Assembly (NCBI GenBank): GCA_037917685.1
Contig: JAVCBU010000005.1
Location: 1 to 54,752 of the forward strand
From: Thermoproteota archaeon
Lineage (GTDB): Archaea > Korarchaeota > Korarchaeia > Korarchaeales > JAOZGB01
Direction: 5' to 3'
DNA length: 54,752 nt
Position 1 is the stretch's first letter; the number at the start of each line of letters is the position of its first letter. The position numbers and the translations under genes are program-made. Below the pieces are notes generated by a model. That model did not search any database, was not told the origin of the DNA, and saw nothing but the letters and a program-made list of their open reading frames with translations. Below, piece by piece: positions 38,054 through 47,726 of the stretch.

Positions 38054-38982
38054 ATGGAGCTAACCGAGGCTGAGGTGAGAAATCTAAGTATATGCGCAGG
38101 CTGTGAGCAGTGCCTAGTAGACTGCCCAGTCTACAAGGCTTCAGCCGATACGACGCATCTTCCACTATTTAAGGGCCGAATGTTAAGAAGGATATACGAA
38201 TCATCGGAAGGTATGCTTTCAGCATTAGCTATGAATCCAAAGAATGAGATTGAACGCCTACTTTCCACATTGGGTAGCAAGGTATATGAATACACCCTGT
38301 GTGGTGCATGCTCCGAGAACTGTAAGTACGAGATCGAGCCCCACAAGCTATGGTATAGGCTTAGAGAATACGTTTACACCAGGGACTACGCCCCGGCCAG
38401 TTTGAAAGGTGTTAGGGAAAACTTTAGGATTCATGGAAACCCCTATGGGCTATCAAAAGCAGCGACAAAGTTTTGGCTTCGTAAAGCTTCATCTAAAGTA
38501 GAGATCCCTACTGGAGGAGCCAAAACCATATACTTCGTAGGGTGCACAACGGTTGCAAAGCACGAGGACAGGCCTATAGCCATTTCAATGGCTAAAATAC
38601 TCAATAAGGCCGGCGTTGACTGGGGTATGCTAGGTGTTGAGGAGCCATGCTGTGGAGCGCCTATTCAAATGATAGGAGTGGCAAGGCAATATCTGAGCCC
38701 CGCAGTCTCATGGAAACGATAGGATACGAGATTTACGAGCCTGATTATAGTAGGGAGAAAACCTTCTGCTGCGGTGGAGGTGGAATGATAAAAGCCTGCA
38801 ATGAGGAGCTAAGTAGTGAAGTCTCAACAGTTAGAGTTCACCAGCTCGCAGGCGGAGGCGTGGATGTAATAGTTACAGCCTGCCCATCCTGTAAGTCTTC
38901 CCTTTCACCAGCATCCTCAACCCTAGGATTAAAAGTATTAGACATTGTTGAGGCGGTAGCCCAAAACCTAGAGGACGGGTGA
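38054..38982 (+). pseudogene. HdrD/GlpC-like Fe-S/CCG protein broken by internal deletion and frameshift near 38670-38680
   Basis: Frame 1: CAGCEQCLVDCP, FVGC, EEPCCG; frame 2 resumes RSGKAISEPR...TFCCGGGG...TACPSC; the CxxC of CCG domain 1 and the HDPC of domain 2 are absent. Confidence 0.75.
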
Positions 38983-39004
38983 AATATGAGCCTAAAATAG
39001 ATAG

Positions 39005-39940
39005 GTGGCAATGATGAATCCTCAGCTCACTGCCATAGGGAACCCTGTGTTTGATATAATAGAAACCCCTTATGTTAAAACCCTGGGGCGGGTACTATCC
39101 GGGTGTAGCACCAACGCCTGCCTAGCCTTCTCAAAGCTTGGCGGTAGATCGGCGCTTGTAGGAAGGGTTAGCAAAGACTTCTACAATAAGCTTCTGAGTA
39201 AGGCAGGTGAATATGGGATTCACGCCTACCCACTGTATTCAGATGAGTCCGGCGGCTTCCACCTAGTATACCACGACAGTAGAATGACAGATAGAACGTT
39301 AAAGGTTTTAGGCATAGCTGGGTCTATAAGCTACAGCGAGTTTCCAAGGGAGCTCCTTAGATCCGAACTATTTATCATAGCGCCCATCCTCGGTGAAGTA
39401 GACTACCAGTTCGTCAGAAACCTTCGGGGCGACATAGGCCAGGAGAAGCTCATACTTGTGGATCCGCAGGGGCTGATAAGAGAGATAGAACAGGGGGTTG
39501 TAGTTAGAAAACCCAGGGAAGACGCTTATAAAGTACTCTCTATATCGGATGTTTTTAAGCCGAATGAGCACGAGTGTGAGGTACTATTTCCAGGCCTCCA
39601 TCCTTCAAAGGCCGCTGTTAAGATAGTTAATAGAGGATCAAAAGTTGGAATTGTAACAGTCGCTGATAGAGGCTCATACGTAGCATGGGAAAACAAGCTT
39701 TACCACGTGCCAGCCTACAAGACAGTTGAGAGAGATCCAACAGGATGCGGAGACGTTTATATAGGCGCATACGCGTACAAGTACCTTCAAACAAGGGATC
39801 CACTCGTATCCTCGGCATACGCCTCAGCAGCCGCATCTTTCATGGTTGAGAGTGTCGGCCCTGACTTCCCACTTCCCAGGAAGATTGTGGAAGAAAGATT
39901 CCAATGGATCTATGATCGAGTTAAGAGAGTGGAGGCGTAG
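39005..39940 (+). CDS. PfkB/ribokinase family kinase
   Basis: VDPQG, KPNEHE, DPTGCGDVY anion-hole motif. Confidence 0.9.
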   Translation: MAMMNPQLTAIGNPVFDIIETPYVKTLGRVLSGCSTNACLAFSKLGGRSALVGRVSKDFYNKLLSKAGEYGIHAYPLYSDESGGFHLVYHDSRMTDRTLKVLGIAGSISYSEFPRELLRSELFIIAPILGEVDYQFVRNLRGDIGQEKLILVDPQGLIREIEQGVVVRKPREDAYKVLSISDVFKPNEHECEVLFPGLHPSKAAVKIVNRGSKVGIVTVADRGSYVAWENKLYHVPAYKTVERDPTGCGDVYIGAYAYKYLQTRDPLVSSAYASAAASFMVESVGPDFPLPRKIVEERFQWIYDRVKRVEA

Positions 39941-39943
39941 AAC

Positions 39944-40540
39944 ATGACCAGTAAGCTTAGGGAATGGTACGAGGAGAAAACGATAATACTGGGTCAAGCA
40001 CTTATGAGAACAAGATTGGAGCCTAACCATCTTACAATTCTAAGCCTAGTTCCAGCCTGCGCCTCGCTTTTACTGGTTTCATGGAGGATGCTATGGCAGG
40101 GTTTAGCTCTGTTCCTACTGGCTGTGTCGATGGACGTTCTCGATGGAAGCCTGGCCAGGGCATCCAGGAAGGCGACAAGATTCGGCAAGCTCCTAGACCA
40201 CTATGTAGACCGGTGTGTCGAATCCCTCTACCTCATAGGCCTAACAGCTGGGCAGTACATACCCGGCTGGATGGGCGCGTTAGCTGTCTTGTCAGACATC
40301 TCACCAAGCTACATTAGGGCCCGGGGAGAAGCTGAAATAGACGCTCAGGCAATGTCAGTCGGCCTCTTTGAGCGGAAAGAGAAAATAGGAGTGATAACTG
40401 CTGGAAGCATAGCTGAATCCTTTTATCCCGGGGTAGCACGCTTTGCAATAGCCGTACTGATAATTGGAAGCCTACTAACATCTGTCCAGCGGCTCTTATT
40501 CTTCAGGAAAGCTGAGATATTCCATCATCGGAATTGTTAA
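39944..40540 (+). CDS. CDP-alcohol phosphatidyltransferase (archaetidylinositol-phosphate synthase-like)
   Basis: PNHLT, DVLDGSLAR...FGKLLDHYVDR, SYIRARGE, GLFERKE. Confidence 0.9.
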   Translation: MTSKLREWYEEKTIILGQALMRTRLEPNHLTILSLVPACASLLLVSWRMLWQGLALFLLAVSMDVLDGSLARASRKATRFGKLLDHYVDRCVESLYLIGLTAGQYIPGWMGALAVLSDISPSYIRARGEAEIDAQAMSVGLFERKEKIGVITAGSIAESFYPGVARFAIAVLIIGSLLTSVQRLLFFRKAEIFHHRNC

Positions 40541-40557
40541 AATCTTAAAATTATTAT

Positions 40558-41298
40558 ATGCCAATAACCCGTGATAGACTACCCCTAGAGGCGAATGACT
40601 TGCCCGAGGAAACGGAAGGACAGGGTGAGACTGTTAGAATCTACATTATGGGTAAGGAGTACAGGGTTCCCGCGGGGCTAACCATAATGAAAGCAATGGA
40701 ATATGCTGGGTACAGGTTTATAAGGGGCGCCGGATGCCGGGGAGGCTTCTGCGGGGCCTGCGCAACAGTCTACAGGAAAGAGGGAGACTACAAGCTTTAC
40801 ACGGATCTGGCATGCCAGAAAACTGTGGAGGACGGCATGTACCTCGTGCAGCTCCCCTTCGTCCCTGCTAATAAGGCTACATACAATATTGAGGAGCTTA
40901 AACCGGAGCCGAACATTCTACTCAGGTTCTACCCTGAAATTGCAAGGTGCGTAAGCTGCAACACGTGCACTAAGGCATGCCCCCAGGACATAGAGGTAAT
41001 GTATGCCATCCAGCACGCGCTGAGGGGAGAGATCGAAAAGGTTGCCAATATGACCTTTGACTGCATCCAGTGTGGCCTATGCACCATTAGATGCCCTGCC
41101 GAGATACCCCACTACCATGTCTTCCAGCTTGCAAGAAGGATCTACGGCAGGTACATCCTTAAGCCGGCAAAGCATGTTAGGGAAAGGATCAAAGAGATAG
41201 AAAGCGGGAAGTACGACCAGGAGATGGAGAAGCTTCTAACAGCAAGCGTGGAGGAGCTGAAACAGATATACGAGAATAGGGGTAGAATCGAAGAATAG
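40558..41298 (+). CDS. SdhB/FrdB-like iron-sulfur protein ([2Fe-2S] plus 2x[4Fe-4S])
   Basis: GCRGGFCGAC...LACQ; CVSCNTCTKACP; CIQCGLCTIRCP. Confidence 0.85.
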   Translation: MPITRDRLPLEANDLPEETEGQGETVRIYIMGKEYRVPAGLTIMKAMEYAGYRFIRGAGCRGGFCGACATVYRKEGDYKLYTDLACQKTVEDGMYLVQLPFVPANKATYNIEELKPEPNILLRFYPEIARCVSCNTCTKACPQDIEVMYAIQHALRGEIEKVANMTFDCIQCGLCTIRCPAEIPHYHVFQLARRIYGRYILKPAKHVRERIKEIESGKYDQEMEKLLTASVEELKQIYENRGRIEE

Positions 41299-41307
41299 GT
41301 GTAAAAG

Positions 41308-42960
41308 ATGGAGCTGATAAGGGGTTACCCAGCATACATGCGCGAAAGTATAGAGCTAGTCGAGAAAACAAGGCCTAGAAGGATGAAGGAGAAGTATAGA
41401 ACCCTATCCGTCGAGGAGAGAGAGGAACTGCTGAGAAAGTACCATCCTGACTACAAACATGAGACCAAGAGGCCTCTAAAGATAGGCCCAAGCAAGGGTA
41501 TGATCGCACCCCACGAGGTTATAGACCTGCTTGAAGCCCACCCCTTAGTAATGCCTGAAGACATAAACCTAGAAGAGATCGACATAGATGTTGACCTCCT
41601 AATAATAGGAGCCGGCGGCGCAGGAATGACAGCAGCGCTCTGGGCTCTAGAGGAGGGTTTGAAGCCTGAAGACATACTAATAGTGACAAAACTCCGGCTT
41701 GGAGACTCAAATAGCATCATGAGCCAGGGCGGCGTACAGGCTGCAGACAGGCCTCCAGACTCGCCTGTCAGACACTTCATCGACATAATTGGCGGGGGCC
41801 ACTTCGCAAATGACAGAAAACTCGTGAAAATACTGACAATGACCGCACCCTACATGATGGCATGGCTTGAAAGACTTGGCATAATGTTCGACAAGGACGA
41901 GGAGGGGAACATGCTTGAACTCTGGGGTGGAGGTACATCCGTTAGGAGGATGCACTCATGCAAGGACTACACAGGCATGGAGATAGTAAGGGTGTTAAGA
42001 GACGAGATTCGAAACAGGCAAGTGCCATGTCTAGAGTTCACCTCGGCAGTTGAACTATTAACCGATGAGAAAGAGGACCGTGTTGTCGGTGCAGTTCTGC
42101 TGAACATGGAGAGCCAGCAGTACTATGTTGCCAGGGCAAAGGCCACCATCCTCGCTACAGGGGGCTTCGGAAGAATCCATATTCAAGGATACCCAACCAC
42201 CAACCACTATGGTGCAACCATGGACGGAGTAGTCCTAGCGTACCATGTCGGTGCAAAACTAAGGGATCTAGATGCAACACAGTACCATCCCACCGGAGCC
42301 GCCTATCCGGAGCAGATAGTAGGCCTACTCGTGACCGAAAAGGTTAGGGGGGCAGGTGCCCAAGTTGTAAATAGGTACGGCGAGCAATTTGTCTTCCCCC
42401 TAGAGCCGAGGGATGTGGAGGCTGCAGCGATAATAAGGGAGTGCTGGGAGAGAAACAACGGGGTCGAAACACCAACAGGAATGCGCGGGGTCTGGCTAGA
42501 CACCCCGATGATAGAAGAGCTAAGGGGGCAGGGAGCATTTAAGAGGATGTTCCCTGCGATCCACAAGATGTACAGCAGGGTTGGTATAGACCCGGCCCAG
42601 GATCCTGTCCTCGTATTCCCCACATTACACTATATGAATGGAGGTATAATAATAGACGAGAAAGCTCAGACAACCGTTAAAGGATTATTCGCTGCCGGCG
42701 AGACTACAGGTGGAGTACATGGGAAGAACAGGCTTATGGGAAACTCGATACTTGACTACCTTGTCTTTGGAAGAATAGCTGGAATCCACGCGGCAAGATT
42801 TGCAAAGCATGCAAGCCCCGGAAAACCAAGCCTAAAACATGTTGTCAGGTATGAGGAAATGTTGAAGACTGCAGGCATAGAAACAAATAGAAAAGCTCCA
42901 ATACTGCTCCCAGACTATCGTGGAGAACGAGTTCTTGCTAGAAGAATAAACATTCTTTAA
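41308..42960 (+). CDS. Fumarate reductase/succinate dehydrogenase-family flavoprotein (soluble)
   Basis: GAGGAG, SQGG, LATGG, YHPT, TEKVRG, EPRD, LHYMNGG, HGKNRLMGNS. Confidence 0.88.
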   Translation: MELIRGYPAYMRESIELVEKTRPRRMKEKYRTLSVEEREELLRKYHPDYKHETKRPLKIGPSKGMIAPHEVIDLLEAHPLVMPEDINLEEIDIDVDLLIIGAGGAGMTAALWALEEGLKPEDILIVTKLRLGDSNSIMSQGGVQAADRPPDSPVRHFIDIIGGGHFANDRKLVKILTMTAPYMMAWLERLGIMFDKDEEGNMLELWGGGTSVRRMHSCKDYTGMEIVRVLRDEIRNRQVPCLEFTSAVELLTDEKEDRVVGAVLLNMESQQYYVARAKATILATGGFGRIHIQGYPTTNHYGATMDGVVLAYHVGAKLRDLDATQYHPTGAAYPEQIVGLLVTEKVRGAGAQVVNRYGEQFVFPLEPRDVEAAAIIRECWERNNGVETPTGMRGVWLDTPMIEELRGQGAFKRMFPAIHKMYSRVGIDPAQDPVLVFPTLHYMNGGIIIDEKAQTTVKGLFAAGETTGGVHGKNRLMGNSILDYLVFGRIAGIHAARFAKHASPGKPSLKHVVRYEEMLKTAGIETNRKAPILLPDYRGERVLARRINIL

Positions 42961-43015
42961 TGTACAAAACTGTTCAATAACACTTATATTATTAGTCCCG
43001 GGTATCACCTTAAGG

Positions 43016-44173
43016 TTGACCTGGCACTTTCTAACCATCCCTCTCTCCATCCTAATTCCAGCATACCTTCTAATCTGGGCTCTGAAGAAGCATAGGAGAA
43101 CCTCATCACTTTTACAAGCCCTCTTCTACGGCTCAATCATGGTAGCAGCCCTACTAGAAGCTCTATATATTTACTCCACAGACTACCGTATCGCGTTAGC
43201 CTGTGCCAAAGCTCTCCTAGTAGTCAGATGCTTCTCAGTATGCACTGTGCTAAATATTGCAATGTTCCTATCGGTAATTAACATAACTCCAAGAAGGGCG
43301 CTCCTCCCAGCGTACACCCCTATCGTTTACATATTATTCATCCTGCGAGATAGATACTACATATCGAGACTGATTAGTGTGCCAGGCACTCCCCACTTCG
43401 AGATAGAGTATGGCATACTAGGGGAGTCCTGGATAATCCTTGTCTCTCCTATTATTGTTGGTATCCTTTTGTCCTCAGCATACGAGATTTACAGATCTAA
43501 TGGCCCTATTAGGGAGGGATATTTACTAATATCAATAGGCGTCATTCTAACATTGGTAATCGGGATGGTTGTCAGAATTATAGGCGTAGAAAAGTTCCAA
43601 TCTATGATTAACATTTCATTCCTAGCCCTACCACTAGCCATACTGGTTCAGGTAGGGGTTGATAAGACTATAACAAGAATTCCAACCATTCAATACAGAG
43701 CTGAGATTCCCACTGAGATACCTTTTGAACCCGGCAAACTTGTGCTGATAAACGAGGAGAAACCAGAGAAACTTAAGGTGTACATTGAAACTATGGCGAA
43801 GGGCTATCCCATCTTAACAATTTCGAGGGTACCTCCATCAACCCTTACGGAGGGCCAGGAAGGGGTTATTTCAGTTTGGCTCTCCGAGCTTAAGGGGCTT
43901 GGAAGCATACATCCAACACATCTCTCCCGACTTAAAGCCATGATAGAAGACTTCACATCCAAATACAAGGCTGTAGTGTGCATGGAGGGGGTGGAGTACC
44001 TTGTCCTGTACAATGGGTTTAAGAAGGTTCTAAAATTCATCCACGAACTAAGAGATCTTGCAGGGAAAAAAGGAGCCATGATTATAATATCCCTAAACCT
44101 CTCAGTGTTTAGGACAGCGGAGGTGCGGCAGCTCAAGAAGTACGTAGATAAAATATTAGAAGGCTCGCAGTAA
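43016..44173 (+). CDS. Multi-TM membrane protein with C-terminal DUF835 domain
   Basis: ~7 TM helices then LTISR, VWLS, IHPTHL, EGVEYLVLYNGFKKVLKFIHELRD. Confidence 0.82.
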   Translation: MTWHFLTIPLSILIPAYLLIWALKKHRRTSSLLQALFYGSIMVAALLEALYIYSTDYRIALACAKALLVVRCFSVCTVLNIAMFLSVINITPRRALLPAYTPIVYILFILRDRYYISRLISVPGTPHFEIEYGILGESWIILVSPIIVGILLSSAYEIYRSNGPIREGYLLISIGVILTLVIGMVVRIIGVEKFQSMINISFLALPLAILVQVGVDKTITRIPTIQYRAEIPTEIPFEPGKLVLINEEKPEKLKVYIETMAKGYPILTISRVPPSTLTEGQEGVISVWLSELKGLGSIHPTHLSRLKAMIEDFTSKYKAVVCMEGVEYLVLYNGFKKVLKFIHELRDLAGKKGAMIIISLNLSVFRTAEVRQLKKYVDKILEGSQ

Positions 44174-44186
44174 GGATTATTTAGGG

Positions 44187-45104
44187 ATGTTGAAATTGCC
44201 AGTGAAATGTAGCGTGTGCAAAGAGAAAAATGCCGTAGTACACCTTGAATTCTCATCCATGTACTATTGCGAAGACTGCTATACACAGTACTTCATCAGA
44301 AAAGTTGAAGGAACAGTGAAGAAGTACAAGATGTTAGAGCACGTAGACAAGGTTCTCATCGCAGTCTCCGGTGGGAAGGATAGTGCAGCGCTGCTTGCAG
44401 CCCTTACGGAACTCAACTATCGAGTGGACGTAATACCATTTCACATAGATCTTGGCATCCCTGGTTACTCTGAGCAGTGTAGGAAAGCTGTCGAAGAGTT
44501 ATGCAAGAGATTTAGACTCAAACCTTTGATATTTAAGCTTGAAACGGAAGGATTTACCATGGCAGATATCGCAAAGAGATACCGGAAACCCTGTTCACCC
44601 TGTGGCATAATAAAAAGGTATTGGATGAACAGGGTTTCCCTAGAAAGGGGCGTAGACATGGTTCTAACAGGGCACAACCTTGACGATACCGTGGAGGTGC
44701 TATTTCAGGCCTATCTCACAGGGTCGGTTCAAACCATAGCAAAGACAAAGCCAAAACTGGAAAGAATGGGAGACCTTGTAAGCAGGGCTAAACCCCTGAT
44801 TAGATACACAGACCTCGAAACGCTTTACTTTTCATCTATAAATGAACTACCATTTGCTGTAGCCGAATGCCCATATGCAAAAGGATCTAGGAGCCTACGT
44901 AGGAAAAAACTAATAGAGAAGATAATAAGAGAAATTCCAAACTTTAAGCATACCTTACTGTCCACCCATCTAAAAACTTTTCAGCCACTACTGGAGGGGA
45001 AAACCAAACTTCCACCCCTGCGTAAGTGTATAAAATGCGGAATGTCGGCCTCGGCTGAAGTATGCTCCTATTGTAAGCTTAAGGAGAGAATTCTCAAGCA
45101 TTAA
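44187..45104 (+). CDS. ttuA: TtuA/Ncs6-family tRNA 2-thiolation protein
   Basis: CSVC..CEDC, SGGKDS PP-loop, CSPC, GHNLDD, CPYA, CIKC..CSYC. Confidence 0.88.
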   Translation: MLKLPVKCSVCKEKNAVVHLEFSSMYYCEDCYTQYFIRKVEGTVKKYKMLEHVDKVLIAVSGGKDSAALLAALTELNYRVDVIPFHIDLGIPGYSEQCRKAVEELCKRFRLKPLIFKLETEGFTMADIAKRYRKPCSPCGIIKRYWMNRVSLERGVDMVLTGHNLDDTVEVLFQAYLTGSVQTIAKTKPKLERMGDLVSRAKPLIRYTDLETLYFSSINELPFAVAECPYAKGSRSLRRKKLIEKIIREIPNFKHTLLSTHLKTFQPLLEGKTKLPPLRKCIKCGMSASAEVCSYCKLKERILKH

Positions 45105-45140
45105 CACTTTTCTAATCCACTGCATGATGGCTAGACTGTG

Positions 45141-46262
45141 CTATAATTCTACATGTCTCCCTTTGGCAACAGAGTATAAGTACTCCTCTATTTTGTCTAT
45201 AAAGTCTTCCCATCTAAAATTTTCCGAGACAAACCTATACGCATTCTCACCCATTCTCTCTTGGAGTTCGGGTTTTTCCTTAAATTCCTTCATCGCAACT
45301 GCCAACTCACTAATACTTGGCTTAACTAAGAGGCCTGTAACATTGTTTATGATAAGATCTCTATACCCTCCCTCATTCACGGCTATTGTAGGCTTGCATG
45401 ATGCTGCAGCCTCAAGAATGGTAAGACCGTATGCCTCATTGTATCCGGTCGCTATATTGGCTATGCAACCTGAGTAAAGTTTTACTAGTTCATCCATACT
45501 TGGGTTAATGTAAACTTTAACCCTACCCACCTTAGAAGCTAATCCTAAAATATACCTCGTATATTTGGGGTCTCCGGGAATGCAGGCGAGAACAAGCTTG
45601 GCATCCTCAAGCAATTCTACAGCCTTTATTGCTAGTTCAACCCTCTTCTGTGGATAAAGCCTTGAAACAAGGAGAAAGTAGTCTTCCGTGTCCCCGCACG
45701 TAAACATCTTCAATTTAACACCTGGCCTTATAACAACCGGTTTAACCCCATATTTACGTGTTAACATTCCCGCCAGAAAAGAAGAATTAGAGAGGACATT
45801 TCCAAGTCTTTCCAAAGCCTTAAGAAACACCCACTTAAAGAGTCTCCTATACAGGTATAGTTTAATCCTGTCAAACAAGCTTAGGCTAGCCTCAGCTTCG
45901 CAGTCTGATAAGGCGGGAACATAGTCTTGGCTAAACCATACACATTTATAACCAGCTTTAAAAACTGCTGAGTGCGCCGGGAAACCCCCAATAACCATTA
46001 CATCTTCGGGGTAGCTCCTGCTCATATAGTATAAGAGTTGGAAGATATGCATGCTGAACGGGTGAAATAGTAAGTTCATATTCAGAGGAGGCTTATCAAT
46101 AACAAGCTTCTCTATTTCTGGATAAACTAGGCTGCTATACCCATAAGCGGTATAAATCCTAACATGGTGTCCTCTTTCATAGAGAGAGTTAGCAATACCA
46201 ACTAGGATATTTTCAGCTCCACCCCGCCTAAAGAAATGGGGATGCAATATGGCTATATCCAT
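45141..46262 (-). CDS. Glycosyltransferase family 4
   Basis: GGAE, SRLYPQKR, EAYGLTILEA. Confidence 0.9.
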   Translation of the reverse strand: MDIAILHPHFFRRGGAENILVGIANSLYERGHHVRIYTAYGYSSLVYPEIEKLVIDKPPLNMNLLFHPFSMHIFQLLYYMSRSYPEDVMVIGGFPAHSAVFKAGYKCVWFSQDYVPALSDCEAEASLSLFDRIKLYLYRRLFKWVFLKALERLGNVLSNSSFLAGMLTRKYGVKPVVIRPGVKLKMFTCGDTEDYFLLVSRLYPQKRVELAIKAVELLEDAKLVLACIPGDPKYTRYILGLASKVGRVKVYINPSMDELVKLYSGCIANIATGYNEAYGLTILEAAASCKPTIAVNEGGYRDLIINNVTGLLVKPSISELAVAMKEFKEKPELQERMGENAYRFVSENFRWEDFIDKIEEYLYSVAKGRHVEL

Positions 46263-46301
46263 ACAGGCCCCTTAACTAAACTTTTAGACATAGTTCATAC
46301 C

Positions 46302-46991
46302 CTATACCTTCACACATATATATTTCAAGATCTTATAGAGTAAAAATAGAAGTGGAGGTACAAAAACTACAGTTAGACATAGTAATAATCCTTGAAAATC
46401 CCCTAAGTATCCCGAATAAGAGACCATGGGTATAAGAAATCTACCAGCCTGGACAAGACAGGCTTCTACAATATCAACACTTACATATTCAATGTAAACC
46501 ATTCCTAATACCAATGCAGATGTGAAGGCTGCGACATGAATGGTTATAGAACGGTTAAATCTGAGAAAAATTGCCTGGAAGAAAATGTAGAAAGAAGCGA
46601 AGAGAAGCACCACAATAGCGTTTAGGCCGCTAATTATGGGCTTATACTTGAAGATGAAAAATAAAGGAACCCAATCCCTAAAACAGTAATCCAGTGTGAC
46701 CTGGATGCCCAGTAAAACCAATATTACAGCTACCACCAGAATGATGTGCCGCCTCTTTAAATCCACCAAACAATCAGAGAACAAAGCCGGAACCATTACA
46801 ACCATAGATGGAACCAGATATCTAACAAGCTCCTCAGACATAGGTAGGTAAAGATAGACTCCTGGTAAACCGATAACCGGCATACCCATAGTCTCAGCGT
46901 TTGACAACTTGTACATCGTGTTAAAAACTATAAAGAACAGCTGCAACGTCGAAATCCATATTACGGTGATTTCAGACATACGCTTACCCAT
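46302..46991 (-). CDS. Hypothetical multi-pass membrane protein
   Basis: 229 aa with ~6 hydrophobic segments. Confidence 0.6.
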   Translation of the reverse strand: MGKRMSEITVIWISTLQLFFIVFNTMYKLSNAETMGMPVIGLPGVYLYLPMSEELVRYLVPSMVVMVPALFSDCLVDLKRRHIILVVAVILVLLGIQVTLDYCFRDWVPLFFIFKYKPIISGLNAIVVLLFASFYIFFQAIFLRFNRSITIHVAAFTSALVLGMVYIEYVSVDIVEACLVQAGRFLIPMVSYSGYLGDFQGLLLCLTVVFVPPLLFLLYKILKYICVKV

Positions 46992-46994
46992 CCT

Positions 46995-47585
46995 TCATCC
47001 CTTCACATATACTTTTACCCTCCTACCAACATACACAAGCTTAAGTCCACGCATATCCAGGGGAATCCTCTTCACCTTCACAAGACAGTCTAAGTGTTCG
47101 TCATATATCAAAGTGTACCTATCTTCCTTAAGCTTGGAAGCATATTTAGGGTCATACGGGGGCCACAGCTCGATAAAATCGATATCTAAACTGTATGCTG
47201 GCTGAGAAAGCCAGGGAGAGCATATAAGGGTGTTTTTCGAATAGTTCTTCACGAAACATAGCGCCTGAAGCATATCCTCATTAGCCGTCGGGCTAGCCAT
47301 TACGGCATAGCTGCTTCCAAGATAAAAAACATACATCATTGTTGCAAGAGTTGCAACCTTAGCTATATCAGACCTATCTGCGATACTAATCAAACCGTAA
47401 GCTGAGAATATTGCTATAGGTGGACCGGCAACATATATCCACCTAAGGCCGAAAATTTTCAGGTTAAGATAGTAGAGTAAGGGGTTGAGAAAAGGCATAA
47501 ATAGCAAGGAGAGCACACATATTATAAGGCCCACCCTAACGTAGTACTCGGTCCTTAAAAGCCTAATAGGCGATTTCATCACCAA
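46995..47585 (-). CDS. Membrane protein resembling only the C-terminal part of a GT-C-like protein (possibly truncated)
   Basis: 3 TMs with LRWIYVAGPP then soluble NEDMLQALCFVKNY tail, similar in layout to the end of 51330-52778. Confidence 0.5.
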   Translation of the reverse strand: MVMKSPIRLLRTEYYVRVGLIICVLSLLFMPFLNPLLYYLNLKIFGLRWIYVAGPPIAIFSAYGLISIADRSDIAKVATLATMMYVFYLGSSYAVMASPTANEDMLQALCFVKNYSKNTLICSPWLSQPAYSLDIDFIELWPPYDPKYASKLKEDRYTLIYDEHLDCLVKVKRIPLDMRGLKLVYVGRRVKVYVKG

Positions 47586-47726
47586 CTAAAACTATACAAT
47601 AAATTTTAATACTTAAGCCACCCACACATGTCATAAAACACTATATATGCAACAACATCTAAATGAAATATCTTACAAACTTGCGAATTTACAATTTACC
47701 AGATTGGTGGGGCGTGTATTAGATTG

